61,706 nt of DNA, taken from assembly GCF_006345805.1 (NCBI RefSeq), contig NW_021824655.1, positions 1 through 61,706 of the forward strand, in the 5' to 3' direction. The translations under genes were made by a program, and so were the position numbers. Shown one piece after another: positions 39,246-53,443 of this stretch (the first letter of the stretch is position 1; every line of letters starts with the position of its first letter). The notes under the pieces were generated by a model, which made no database searches, was not told the DNA's origin, and worked only from the letters and a program-made list of their open reading frames with translations. This DNA is from Octopus sinensis. Its lineage: Eukaryota.

Positions 39246-40186
39246 CATATCAGACAAAAGTGAGAAGAAGAGAGAGTGAGTTGTAGAATGAGAAGCAACG
39301 AAAGAAAGCGTACAACAGAAAAGAGAGTCAACAAAACAAAGATCGAAAATGCAAAACAACAAAAAAAAACAAAGAATTGAAGATATACGAAAGTGAAACA
39401 AAAGAAGAGAGTGTCAGAGGAAGGGGAGATAATATTAAAACTGAATCAATCGAATCCAAACAAAACACGTGTTATCCGTTGAGATATGAAGGGGAGTTAG
39501 TCCCCTACATTCCTTAATTCCTGCCATCTTCACAACGATTCGTCTTCTCATCCATGGAAGATTCTTAAACGATTTCAACGGTGGCTCCACTAATCGTCTC
39601 AACGGATCAGCATGCAATCTATATGCTTACGTGAGCAACACTGATCATAACCTATGTGTGTGTGTATATATTATATATATAATATATATATAATATATAT
39701 ATATATAGAGAGAGAGGAGAGAGGAGAGAGAAAGAGAGAGAGACGTGTATATATACATATATAGACATACACACACATACACACACACATACACACACAT
39801 ATATATATACACACACATATACAAATATATATATATGTATTTAGTACATATCCGTATGTATGAGCACATAGTCCATATCTGTTTATATAAACATACTTGT
39901 ATACATATAGGTACACCAATCTCTCACTCTACTCTCTTTTTCTCCGTATATCTATCTTTCTATGTATGTATGTATGTATGTATGTATGTATCTCTCTCTC
40001 TCTCTCTGTATATATATATACTTATGTATAAGAGTGTAAGTCTGGTCTAAGAGTGTGTACAAATTTCGAAACACATATGCTATATTAAGTTATAGGAACA
40101 TGTGTCGAAGTGTGTGAATGGTGTCATGTCTCTACTTACGAATATATGTAAATATATATTTATGCATGAGAGAGTGTGTGTATATA

Positions 40187-40251
<65 letters not shown>

Positions 40252-40830
40252 ATGTATATGTATATGTGTATACGTGCAGGTATGTACGTACGTATAAGTG
40301 CATATATCGGCCCGACATAGTTCTCTCCCTGCATATGAACTGTGCCATTTCAACTACATCGGCGTAACGAGATTGCCGGTGTGGGAGTGCTGGGGTGCTG
40401 GGGAGGTGGAAGAAGGACAGTTGTACGTGGGAGGAGTGATATATGATGGAGGTGTGGTATGAACTTGACAGACGATATCCGGGGTCAAACGGATTTCATG
40501 CATAACTACCTGCAAAACCCTTTGAAATACTTATTTATGCGTGCATATGCACAAATGCACACGTGCACACTCATAAACATATATATGTATGTATATGTAA
40601 ATATATGCATGTATACTTGCTATATACGCATAAACACACATAAATATACCGTCAAAATGCAGCCTCTGGAACACGTTTGTGTGTGCGTGTGTGTGTATCA
40701 TGCATGCATGTATTTATATATACATATATATGCATATATATATATTTGATTACATATATATATATATATACATATATTTATATATCAGATTATGATATTA
40801 TAGCTATATAGATATACATACATACATACT

Positions 40831-40907
<77 letters not shown>

Positions 40908-40949
40908 CAGATTATGATTTTATAGCTATAGAGCTATCTGTCTGTCTGC

Positions 40950-40991
<42 letters not shown>

Positions 40992-41048
40992 CTATCTATC
41001 TATCTATCTCTTTCTCTTTCTTTTCTTCCTATCTTTTCTCCGCCTGCG

Positions 41049-41099
<51 letters not shown>

Positions 41100-41544
41100 G
41101 CTGCAGAAATGATTGTTTAGATATAACTATAAAACTATAACCAGTGAAACTTCGAATTTACTATCCGTAATATTATAACAAGCAGGTATTCATTTTCGTA
41201 CTTATTTTCAGTTGTTATTGAGGGTAGAATTATCGTCATGTTAATCTCTATGATGACCACTAGCTCCAGCACCACCGCCGTTATAAACAAGAACATGAGG
41301 AGTGATAGAAGCAGCAACACCAACCAAAACATTAACAGAACCTGCTATGAGAAAAACCACTACAAGGACAATGTCGCCACGATCATCAACAGTATCCTTA
41401 CACTCAGAATAACACCTCAAGACACCCCACTTCCTTTCGGTTCCTTCCGATATGTCATGCAATGAGAAAGAAAACGATGAATAATGGAAAACAGTCTCCC
41501 GTAAGAAGGGAAATAGTAAGAAGGCTATTAATTGCATATGGGAA

Positions 41545-42718
41545 TTGCGACTGGCAGAATCGTTAGCACGCCGGGCGAAATGCCAAGCGGTATTTCGTCT
41601 GCGTTACGTTGTGAGTTCAAATTCCGCCGAGGTCGAATTTGCCTTTCATCCTTTCGGGGTCGATAAATTAAGTACCAGTTACGCACTGGGATCGATGTAA
41701 TCGACTTAATACCTAAGTCTGTCCTTGTTTGTCCCCTCTGTGTTTAGCCCCTTGTGGATAATAAAGAAATAGGTATTTCGTCTGCGTTACGTTGTGAGTT
41801 CAAATTCCGCCGAGGTCGACTTTGCCTTTCATCCCTTCGGGGTCGATAAATTAAGTACCAGTTACGAACTGGGGTCGATGTAATCGACTTAATTCGTTTG
41901 TTTGGCCTTGTTTGTTCTCTCTGTGTTTAGTCCCTTGTGGGTAATAAAGAAATAGGTATTTCGTCTGTCGTTACGTTGTGAGTTTAAATTCTGCCGAGGT
42001 CGACTTTGCCTTTCATCCTTTCGGGGTCGATAAATTAAGTACCAGTTACGCACTGGGGTCGATATAATCGACTTAATCCGTTTGTTTGGCCTTGTTTGTT
42101 CTCTCTGTGTTTAGTCCCTTGTGGGTAGTGAAGAAACAGAAATAGGCATTTCGTTTGTCTTTACGTTCTGAGTTCAAATCCCACCGTGATCGACTTTGCC
42201 TTTCATTCTTTCGAGATCGATAAATTAAGAACCAATTACACACAGGGATCGATGTAATCGACTTAATCCGTTTGTCTGTCCTTGTCTGTCCCCTCTATGT
42301 TTAGTCCTTTGTGGGCAGTAAAGAAATAAGAAACGTTAGCACGCCGGGCGAAGTGCTTAGCGGTATTTCGTTTGTTTTATGTTCTGAGTCCAAATTCTGC
42401 CGAGGTCGACTTTGACTTTCATCCTTTCGAGTTCGATTAAATAGGTACCAGTTACGCACTGGGGTCGATATAAGCGACTTAATCCGTTTGTTTGTCCTTG
42501 TTTGTCCTCTCTGTGTTTAGCCCCTTGTTGGTAGTAAAGAAACAGAAATAGGTATTTCGTTTGTCTTTACGTTCTGAGTTCAAATTTCGCCGAGATCAAC
42601 TTTGCCTTTCATTCTTTCGGGATCGATAAATTAAGTACAAGTTGTGTACTGAGGTCGATCTAATCGACTGGTACCCTTCGCCAAAAATTCAGGGTCTTGT
42701 GCCTAGAGTAGAAAAGAA
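41545..42718 (+). repeat. Tandem array of ~6 SINE family B units (~180-220 bp each)
   Basis: One headed copy at 41548, then aaataggtatttcgt... units restarting at ~41767, ~41950, ~42140, ~42330 (partial head) and ~42547. Confidence 0.9.
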
Positions 42719-43107
42719 TACTTTTATAACATAATGACCAAATACATGAGGAAATTTCAAGAATCAGTGATGGTGGCTGTTGCTGCTTAGCAACAACATA
42801 AGCGTTGGGAACTGTAAAAGATTTCACTTTCTCATCATAACTATCATCATCATCATAATTATCATCATCATCATCATAATTATCATCATCGACATCATAA
42901 TTATCATCATCGTCATCATAATTATCATCATCGGCATCCTTGTCATCATCGCAACCGTCATCATCGTCATTATCGCAGTCATCATCAATGTCATCATCGT
43001 CATCATCATCGCCATCATCGTCATCCTTGTCATCATCAGCGTCATCATCGTCATCATCATCATCGCAGTTGTCATCATCGTATTCTTCTTCTTCTTCTTC
43101 TTCTTCT

Positions 43108-43148
<41 letters not shown>

Positions 43149-43166
43149 TTTTCAAATACATAACTT

Positions 43167-43710
43167 ATAATTAAATATTGGAGTATAACTGAGTTAAAGA
43201 TATTCGAGAGTTTATTATGATTTTAAAGCCAAATTATATCTTCAAAGATAAAATACATATTTCAATCTATTTTTTAAAATTTAAAAATAAATATTTAACA
43301 TAATAAATGTGTTGTAGGAAATAATCCTAATGTTTTAAGTTTCTAATTTAATTAATCGAGGTTTTTCTATAAGAAAAATTATTATTTATTTATTTCTTAA
43401 ATAAATATTGTTTAACTCTATTTGCTTATTTATTTAACTAATATCATTAACCTGAAGATTGACTATAATTTTAATTCGAATTTATTTCAATTGAATTTAA
43501 ACTTCATTGTAATTCGAGTTTGATTGTAGCCATGAAACGTACGTAGAGTATTTACTTATTATATTATATATTTATAATTCATTTTATACTTTTTGAGATC
43601 TAGTTATAAGTTATATATTTAAAAAATTATATAAATATTATTTGTTATTTATGTATTGGTTTATGTGTATCACTATTTGAGTTGCATAATAGTGGTCTTG
43701 TGACTAATTC
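43167..43710 (+). repeat. AT-rich ~550-bp interspersed repeat, copy 1 (copy 2 at 53783-54437), with a hammerhead-like CTGAAGA...GAAA...GTA motif
   Basis: Collinear similarity from ataactgagtta...gatattcg through ttaacctgaagattgact, tagccatgaaac and cactatttgagttgc. Confidence 0.75.
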
Positions 43711-43738
43711 ATATTATATATATATATATATATATATA

Positions 43739-44984
43739 CGTTTGAATTCATAAATCTTCCCTCCAAAATTTTGCCGTGCGCATTACAAAAATAGTTCCAT
43801 AAGATGGGGAACAGTTAGGTTGTCAAAGGGAGTGAAAAATCCAAATAGTAATGTAATAATAAGAGTAAATAATTTCTATAAAGGCTTTTAAAAAAACCCC
43901 AATTATTTACTGGTAGAATTCGGTATGTAAATATAGCCGATTACCGGCAGGAACTTCTGTAAAGTTCGGTATATATATTGTATATAAGAAAAAGGGACAG
44001 GCAAAACAGGTTGCTTGACCGCATACCGAAAAAATAGAAATAGCAGTCAAGAATGCTTATTTCTATCAAAGTTGGACTCCGGGCATGACAGACCCTGTAA
44101 TTCACATATGCAAAACAGAAGGAATAGATAACGAATACGAAGTCTGGCGGTTATCTGTGAACATCATGTTTCTGGATTATAAATATATTGAATATATATT
44201 CCATATATATTTTTGATATATATTTCATATACACTGCATATATATTTCACATCCTTCTTCAGCACAGCTTTCCATTGAAAAAGATTTATCATAGATTTAT
44301 CAAATGCTACGTACCTCAAAACTTCTGACCATGCGACATCAAAATATTTGAAGAAAGTGAGCAAAAGCTAAACCTACATAGACGTTTGAATTCATAAATC
44401 TTCCCTCCAAAATTTTGCCATGCGCATTACAAAAATAGTTCCATAAGATGGGGAACAATTAGGTTGTCAAAGGGAGTGAAAAATCCAAATAGTAATGTAA
44501 TAATAAGAGTAAATAATTTCTATAAAGGCTTTTAAAAAAACCCCAATTATTTACTGGTAGAATAAATCTTTTTCAATGGAAAGCTGTGCTGAAGAAGGAT
44601 GTGAAATATATATGCAGTGTATATGAAATATATATGGAATATATATTCAATATATTTATAATCCAGAAACATGATGTTCACAGATAACCGCCAGACTTCG
44701 TATTCGTTATCTATTCCTTCTGTTTTGCATATGTGAATTACAGGGTCTGTCATGCCCGGAGTCCAACTTTGATAGAAATAAGCATTCTTGACTGCTATTT
44801 CTATTTTTTCGGTATGCGGTCAAGCAACCTGTTTTGCCTGTCCCTTTTTCTTATATACAATATATATACCGAACTTTACAGAAGTTCCTGCCGGTAATCG
44901 GCTATATTTACATACCGAATTCTACCAGTAAATAATTGGGGTTTTTTTAAAAGCCTTTATAGAATTATTTACTCTTATTATTAC

Positions 44985-44986
<2 letters not shown>
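43739..44986. mobile_element. Non-coding hammerhead-bearing element: 644-nt period (direct repeat 43739-43919 / 44383-44563) plus an inverted arm 44562-44986, in (TA)n
   Basis: cgtttgaattcataaatcttccctcc at 43739 and 44383; 44562-44986 is the reverse complement of ~43853-44289. Confidence 0.8.
44584..44683 (+). ncRNA. Type I hammerhead-like motif with extended stem II; inverted copy at 44155-44267 (-)
   Basis: Stem I CTGTG/CACAG; core CTGAAGA 44589-44595; stem II GGAT/ATCC plus AAATATAT/ATATATTT; GAAA 44666-44669; stem III ACA-tga-TGT; U17 at 44678. An A.A mismatch closes stem II. Confidence 0.6.
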
Positions 44987-45017
<31 letters not shown>

Positions 45018-45020
45018 ATA

Positions 45021-45725
45021 CAGTGTGTTTCAAAACCTTTGATATCATTGCACAATCAACAACTTTGCCAGTTCAAATTTTAACAGCGTGTGTTGAAACA
45101 GGTCACAATTTATGTTTAATGTTTGATATGTTTATCTTTTCAGGTATAGAAATGACATTCACTGGAAGACAAAAGGCGTTTTGTGTGTTGGAGTATGCTC
45201 GAACACAGTCGAACAAGACTGTGCAGCGTGCATCTGTAAGAAAGATCTCTAAAATGTCACCAACGGCTATGCAAATTTGGACATGGCTCAAAAAATTCAA
45301 AGAAGAAGGCTGTCTGTGCAGGGCAAAAGGATATGGACAGCCACTAACATCAGAAGAGACGATTTCGCCAGAAATTTTTGCCAAGCCCCAAGAAGTCCAT
45401 AAGAAGAACAAGTCTACAACCCAGATTCCTCCAGCGACAGTTTGGCGCGCCTTGAGGAAACGCTTGCTACTGAAACCCTACAATCTGCAGTTTGTACGGG
45501 CATAACGGCAGATGAAATGCGGAAGCGCAAACAGTTCTGTGTTGATATGCAAGAGAAACATGAAGAATCCGAGTTTAAGGAACGTCTTGCTTTCAGCGAT
45601 GAGGCCACATTTCATACGAATGGCAAAGTCAATAAGCATAATATTCGCATTTAGGGCGAAGAAAATCCCCATATCAAATTTGAGTATGAGAGGGACTTAC
45701 CAAAAGTGAATGTGTTCTGCGCCAC
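45021..45725 (+). mobile_element. Tc1/mariner-superfamily transposon, 5' TIR and degenerate transposase (DUF4817-type N-terminus; ATG 45152)
   Basis: TA|CAGTGTGTTTCAAAA terminus; MTFTGRQKAFCVLEYARTQSNKTVQRA... and LAFSDEATFHTNGKVNKHNIRI...PKVNVFCA (first catalytic D), with frameshifts; 3' half missing. Confidence 0.85.
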
Positions 45726-45855
45726 CCCCATGATGCATCTTAATGGTACGTTGTTCTTTACGTTCATGAAATCCACATATCTTTGAATTTCTCATTCACA
45801 TTTGGAGAATTGAATCTTATGTTGCTCAACATTAAGTATTTCTGCACACAAGTAC

Positions 45856-45887
<32 letters not shown>

Positions 45888-46019
45888 TTGTGTGTGTGTG
45901 TGTATGTGTGTGTGTGTGTGTATACATATATACATACATAGTAGTTGCGATGGGTAAATTTTCGCCTTTTTATATTTTTAATTTCACGCATGCACAGTCT
46001 TATATATATACCTATATAT

Positions 46020-47935
46020 GCCTGCCCCTGGCCAGATCCTAGCAGTGGATCTTTTCGCGGCCGCTTGTCAGCGTGCATTGGAGCGGTTCAACTTCTCCAG
46101 GCGCCAACGCCGCCTCAACATCTCCCCGGCTGAGCTCTTGGCTCTTCGTTCCCTCCAACGGCGCGCTGACATTATCATCAAACCGGCTGACAAGGGTGGA
46201 GCTGTAGTGGTGTGGCGCGCGGACCTCTATAGGGCCGAGGCTTTCCGCCAACTCAATGACACCTCCTTCTACTCCCCTCTGCCCTCTAACCCCACACGTA
46301 CCTACCAACAGACGGTATCCTCTACTGTCCACGACCTCATCTCGTCCTCCCGTCTCCCCCACACCGCATCCAACCTAACTGTGCGAACCCCACGTACCCC
46401 CACCATTTACTTCCTCCCCAAAATCCACAAACCCAACAACCCTGGCCGCCCCATCGTCTCCGCCTGTAACTGCCCCACGGAGCTCATCTCTAAATACCTC
46501 GACCGTGTCCTTGCCCCCCTAGTGGCATCTCTTCCCTCCCACATCCACGAAACCAACCATGCTCTCCGGCTTTTCAACTCTTTCTCCTTTCCTCCCGGCT
46601 CCTCCAAAATCCTTTTTACTATGGACATCCAAAGCCTCTATACTGTTATCCCTCACCACGAAGGACTGCAGGCCCTTCGACACTTCTTGACCTCCGCTCC
46701 AACCAGTACCTGACACCTCCACACTCATTCGTCTGGCCCGAACTTGTCCTTACTCTGAACTGCTTCTCGTTCGCGGGCGAGTTCTACCATCAGGTCTCGG
46801 GAGTGGCCATGGGAACGCGAATGGCCCCAACTATGCGAACCTGTTCGTTGGCTATGTTGAGGCCCAAATATTCTCTAATTTCACTGGTCCCACTCCTGAA
46901 CTATATGGTCGTTACATTGACGACATTATCGGTGCCACCTCACTCTCCCGTGAACATCTAGATTCCTTCCTCTCTTTCGTCCAATCTTTCCATCCAGCCC
47001 TCCACTTCACTTCCACTATCTCAACACCTCTGTCTCCTTCCTCGACATTTCGGTTAGCATTCTTCACTCCACTCTTACACCTCCATTCACTACAAACACA
47101 CAGACTCACACTCATACCTCAACTTCTCTTCCTCCCACCCAGAACACACCAAGCTTTCCATCCCCTATTCCCAATTCCTCCGTCTACGTAGGCTCTGTAG
47201 TGACGACCATGACTTTGAGACTCAGTCTCAACGTAGCTCACCACTTCACCCTACGTGGATACCCCCTCACCACTATCCACACCGCCCTTGCCAGAGCACG
47301 GTCCGTGGACCGTGTATCTGCTCTCTCTCCCCGAACCCGCCTGTAGTCTCCCGCCTCCCTTTCCCCTCACTTACCACCCCACGACCCTACGTCTCCAACG
47401 CACCATTCTTCGAGCTTTCCGTCATCTCCAGTCCGACCCGTCCACTTCACACCTCTTTCCTAACCGACCCCCTCCCTCTTTCAAACGAGCCCACAACCTT
47501 CGAGACCTTTTGGTCCATAGCTCCTTCCCTGACCCTACCTCCCAACCCGGCTCGTTCCCCTGCTCCCGCCCACGTTGCCGCACTTGCCCTTACCTCTCCA
47601 ACACCACCATCCTCACTAGCACCCACCATCGACCCTATCCCATCATCCACTCCTTCACCTGCATCTCCAGCAATATTATCTATTGCGTCTCTTGCTCTCT
47701 CTGCCATTCCTGTACATCGGACAAACGGGACGCCGCTTGGCTGACCGGTTCGCGGAACACCTTCGTGACATCCACCTTGCGAACGACACACCGTCTCACG
47801 CCATTTCCGCTCCACCGGTCACTCCTTGCAACACTATCTGTGTTCGGTTTGTCCTTACACAGAGGCCATCCAGATTCCCGTTTGCGCCGTGAACAGGAAT
47901 TAATCTTTTCTCTTCGCTCTTAACGCCTTTGGTCT
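46020..47935 (+). pseudogene. Penelope-like RT/GIY-YIG ORF interrupted by several 1-bp frameshifts
   Basis: Motifs are spread over ORFs 46018-46713, 47255-47923 and 47683-47892 and the frames between; indels fall mostly in short homopolymers. Confidence 0.85.
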
Positions 47936-48216
47936 CAACTCTCCCCCTCCTCATCTAACCCCCCCCTCTCCCCCTCCTCACCTATCCTTCCCCCCGACCC
48001 CTACTTCTTCAGTCATCATCCTTTCACCCCCTACTCCCTTCCCTTCTTCCCTCTTTCTCCCTCCCCCTTCCCTCTTCCCCTTCCCTCTGCTCCATCATTC
48101 CCCTTCTTTCTCCCCCTATCCCTCTTTCTCCTTCCTCCTCCCCTCCTCCCCCCTCTCCTCCCCCTCCCCTCCTCTCTCTTCTCCACACTACACCACACGA
48201 CTTTACACTCACATCA

Positions 48217-48580
48217 TATATGATGTGCCATACTAATACTACACCAACTAATACATACTAATACGTACTAATACATACTAATACTACTAATACATACACC
48301 AACTCTATACATACACACGTCCAGACCTCTCATACGCACTTATACTCTCTCATACACACACACACACACACACACACTTATACATACTAATACGTACTAA
48401 TACATACTAATACATACCCCAACCCTATACATACGCACGTCCAGACCTCTCATACGCACTAATACTCTCTCATACACACACACACACACATACACACACC
48501 CTTATACATACTAATACATACTAATACATACACCAACCCTATACATACACACGTCCAGACCTCTCATACGCACTAATAGC
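48217..48580 (+). repeat. ~115-120-bp minisatellite (3 units) inside the Penelope 3' region
   Basis: caaccctatacatacacacgtccagacctctcatacgcact recurs at ~48299, ~48419 and ~48533. Confidence 0.85.
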
Positions 48581-48745
48581 TGGTCATTCAACCCTATTAT
48601 CAACCCTATTATCTCCCCTTATTTCGCTCTCGCGTCTCATGTTTGATCTTTGACCTCTGGCCGAAATCAGATCGCCATGTTGATTCGTTAGTTACTGCAC
48701 GCATTTTTTTCTCCCTTTCTTCTGTGTTTTTTTTCTCTCTGTGTA

Positions 48746-48783
48746 TCTTTCTGTTGAAGAGCGTAGGCTCGAAACGTTAAAGA
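48746..48783 (+). ncRNA. Minimal hammerhead-like motif of the Penelope terminal repeat, with a non-canonical U at core position 6
   Basis: TCTTT-CTGTTGA-A-GAGCgtagGCTC-GAAACGTT-AAAGA. Confidence 0.5.
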
Positions 48784-48908
48784 CTTGTTTTATTTATATT
48801 TCCTGAGCGCCATACTAATTACAATTGTTTGTTTGTTTCCCACCTGCCTCGTCTTTTGTCTATTTTCATAAAGCTTCCCGTTATATATATATATATATAT
48901 ATTAAAAA

Positions 48909-48991
<83 letters not shown>

Positions 48992-49249
48992 TATATATGT
49001 ATTAATATATATATAATATATATTATTATATATATATATATATATAATTATATATATATATATAATATATATATATACATATATTATATATATATATATA
49101 TATATACATATGTATATATATATCATATATATTTCTTTTTTCTTTTTTAAATTTTATCTAGTTTCAGCTCACGAGCTGTGGCCATGCTGAGGCACCGCCA
49201 TTTGGTGTTGCTACATGATTTTACTTCACGAATGCTTTTTAGCAATTGC

Positions 49250-49634
49250 CATTTGGTGCATGAGAGAGTTCGATGCAGCTGCCCTCATCTGCACCTCCTG
49301 CCGTGAAGTTGGTTCATCTGGGATACCTGACAAGAAGAGATCCAGTTTTATTTTAAAGACATCTGCATCCACCCCATGCAGGTCTCGCAGGTTCTTCGGG
49401 AGGATATTGAAGAGCTGTGGGACTCTAAAACCCAGGCTATCACAGTATCTTGTCCTACGTGTTGATGGCTAATTTGGACTCCTTGGCACTATGCAATGGC
49501 GTCCAGTTCTGGCATTTGTGTAACACTCGATGCCAAAGTTTGGGAAAAGTCCTTCTAGGAACTTCCAGATGTATATTATGGCATATCTTTCTCGCCTACG
49601 CTCTAAGGAATAGAGTCTTAATCTCTTGAGTCTC
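49250..49634 (-). mobile_element. CR1-group (CR1/Crack/L2-like) LINE 3' remnant
   Basis: RLKRLRLYSLERRRERYAIIYIWKFLEG...YCDSLGFRVPQLFNILPKNLRDLHGVDADVFKIKLDLFLSGIPDEP. Confidence 0.8.
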
Positions 49635-50038
49635 ATATATTCATATATATACATATACATAAATACATATGAATATATCAACAAATACATACATATATAT
49701 ATATACATATATATATATACGCATATAAACGTATACATATATACATATATATATATATATGTACATATACTTATATACATATATATACATATATGTATGT
49801 ATATTTATATATATATGTATATATATATATATATATACAATGTGCACTTGTTTATGTTTTTGAATATATACATACGTGTATATATAGCTGTCTACCTGAC
49901 TCTGTCTATGTACGTATGAATCTATAGCTGTATACAAATGTATACAAGTATATAGTTCTAAACATATACGTACATATATGTGCTTTTATATATATATATT
50001 ATATATATATATGTATAATATATATATATGTATATAAA

Positions 50039-50129
<91 letters not shown>

Positions 50130-50459
50130 TATATATGTATATATGCAAAAACACACGATATATGCATATATATATATATATATATTGCAAACATTTCCTA
50201 TTCTGTTGAATGTTGATATGGATTCATGTTGATATGGATTCATGTGTAGGTTTCTCGCTTATCCTAAGTGTACTGGGCGTGGTATAAATACTGCTATAAA
50301 TCCATAAATTTCTGTACCTGCTTATATTTGGTATGTATTTATATATATCACTCTGTCTCTGTCCCTGAATATATATATATACATACATGCATACATGCGT
50401 ACATACATAAATGCAAACATACATACATGCATAATACATGCATACATATACATACATAC

Positions 50460-50479
<20 letters not shown>

Positions 50480-50492
<13 letters not shown>

Positions 50493-50546
50493 TTATATAT
50501 ATCTGCATGTACATACATACTTCAGTATATTCATACTCACACACAA

Positions 50547-50581
<35 letters not shown>

Positions 50582-50875
50582 ACACACACACACACACACA
50601 TATATATATATGTTTGCGCGTATGTATGTAAGAATACTTGGAATAGTTTACATGAATGTATGTGATTGCGTCTATGTTTTAAAAACATGGATATGTCTAC
50701 CATTGAAATAGTTTTGTAGGAAATTACCGAATTGAACGCAAACATATAATTCCTTTATCTATCTTTCTGTCTATGAATGTATGTATGTATGTATGTATGT
50801 ATGTATGTATGTATGTATGTATGTATGTATGTATTTATGTATGTATTTATGTATGTATTTATGCATGTATGCATG

Positions 50876-50913
<38 letters not shown>

Positions 50914-50948
50914 TTGATAGATAGATTGATACATACATACATACATAC

Positions 50949-50988
<40 letters not shown>

Positions 50989-51354
50989 CTGCATGTACAT
51001 ACATACTTCAGTATATTCATACTCACACACAATCACCACACACAAACACACACACACACACCAAACACCACACACACACATATATATATATTGCGCGTAT
51101 GTATGTAAGAATACTTGGAATAGTTTACATGAATGTATGTGATTGCGTCTATGTTTTAAAAACATGGATATGTCTACCATTGAAATAGTTTTGTAGGAAA
51201 TTACCGAATTGAACGCAAACATATAATTCCTTTATCTATCTTCTGTCTATGAATGTATGTATGTATGTATGTATGTATGTATGTATGTATGTATGTATGT
51301 ATGTATGTATGTATTTATGTATGTATGCATGTATGCATGTATGATATATATATG

Positions 51355-51395
<41 letters not shown>

Positions 51396-51430
51396 TTGAT
51401 AGATAGATTGATACATACATACATACAACA
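50480..51430 (+). repeat. Local tandem duplication (~480-bp period) of mixed unique and microsatellite sequence
   Basis: atctgcatgtacatacatacttcagtatattcatac at 50501 and 50987; gaatacttggaatagtttacatg...cataattcctttatctatc duplicated. Confidence 0.85.
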
Positions 51431-51831
51431 TATATATATATATATATTCAGGGACATATATATGTATATATATATATATATCGATAAGTCTATTTCCGTG
51501 TTTATCTACATATATTCGTATATACTCACACAAACACACACACTATATATATATATGTGTGTGTGTGTGTATAGAGAGAGATAGATATAAATGTAGATAT
51601 AGATATATAAATACAGATATATAGATATTGATATATATATATATATTTATGTATATATATATACATATATATATATAGTGTTTGTGTGAGTGTGTATGCG
51701 TATGATTATATCATGTGCACATATGTATATAACTGTATGTACTTAGAAATGTACGTATATTTCTATTCATACACATAGAGTGACATATACATATATGTAT
51801 ATATGTACACACACACACTTAAACACGCATG

Positions 51832-51864
<33 letters not shown>

Positions 51865-52147
51865 AAATATATATATATATATATATGGATGATACCGCAT
51901 ATATATGTATATATTTGTATAAGTGTGTGCGCCTGCCTCTTTCTTCTAGTAAATATGCATTCCCCCATATACAACACATACCGTCTCAAGTTCTGCCCCT
52001 CCTAACCCAGGCATTTTTCATTTCTATATGCAGGTTGTACAATATTCGCTTTTTTTTCTTCTAAATTTATGGGACGCAACGGGGAGCATAAAAATAACTT
52101 TTAAAAAAAAACTGGTTTTGTTATTATTAACATTATTGTTATTGTTG

Positions 52148-52200
<53 letters not shown>

Positions 52201-52511
52201 GTCATCATTATTATTATTTATGCATATATTACAGGAGCAAGTATATATATGAATATACATATATATATATACATATATGTATATATATATACATATAACA
52301 TGTATATATTGTTGTTTTATGTGACTATATGGAATATGTATACATATATATATATTCTTTCACATAATACAATATGTTGCATATATATATCTACACTGAT
52401 GCATACATATATACTCCAATATATATATATATAATATAATATATATATACAATACAATATGTATATATATATATATAGATATATATATATATATATGTAT
52501 TTACTACATAC

Positions 52512-52560
<49 letters not shown>

Positions 52561-53144
52561 TATATGTATATATATATATTTAATGTATATATTATATGCT
52601 AGTACATGCACATGACGTATGTTTTGTTGTCGTTCCACATGAGTGATATAAAAATATATACGTAAATAATTAAATATTTATTTGTATATACATATATCCT
52701 GAATATAGCCATATAATATATATGTGTGTAAATTCATGTCTACACGTGTTTATGAGTGTACATATGCATGTATGTATGTATATGCATGCGTTAACATGTA
52801 ATTCAAAGCTTAAAAAATTGTTGAACGTTTATTTATACTCGTTCAGTCGTGAACGGTACATTTCTCACCACACATTATACATACGTACATGCATACATAT
52901 ATACATACATACATGCATACATACATATATAATGACATACACATGTATTTATGTTTGTGTGTGTGTGTATGGATATTTGTGTATTTTCTATGTATTTTCA
53001 TTTATTTATATCCATACTTCCATCTATCAGTGCTTTCAAAGTAACAGTTACACCTATACATACATGCTTAAATGTACAAGTATAGACACTATTTTTCTTC
53101 CTGTATCGATATATATATGAACGCCTGTATGCCTATGCACACAC

Positions 53145-53260
<116 letters not shown>

Positions 53261-53322
53261 CATATATATACACAGATAGATACATACATATATATATACA
53301 TACATACATATATATATATATA

Positions 53323-53354
<32 letters not shown>

Positions 53355-53408
53355 TGTGTGTGTGTGTGCGTGTGTGCATGTATGTCAGTATATATATATG
53401 TATATATT

Positions 53409-53443
<35 letters not shown>

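Larger units (their letters stand above)
46020..48882 (+). mobile_element. 5'-truncated Penelope-like retroelement, Neptune-type (RT + Cys-rich linker + GIY-YIG endonuclease, long 3' region with hammerhead-like motif)
   Basis: KPADKG, PKIHK..RPIVS, DIQSLYTVIP, GVAMGT, YIDD (46913-46924), SIPYSQFLRLRRLCS, PCSRPRCRTC, IIYCVSC..YIGQTGRRLADRFAEH; ends in (TA)n. Confidence 0.92.

Noticed and set aside
41545-42718. CRISPR-like regularly spaced repeats
   Set aside because: Units are whole SINE bodies without unique spacers; eukaryotic context, no cas genes.
43167-43710. Possible mitochondrial insertion (NUMT) because of extreme AT content
   Set aside because: No recognisable rRNA, tRNA or mitochondrial protein motif; treated as an interspersed repeat.
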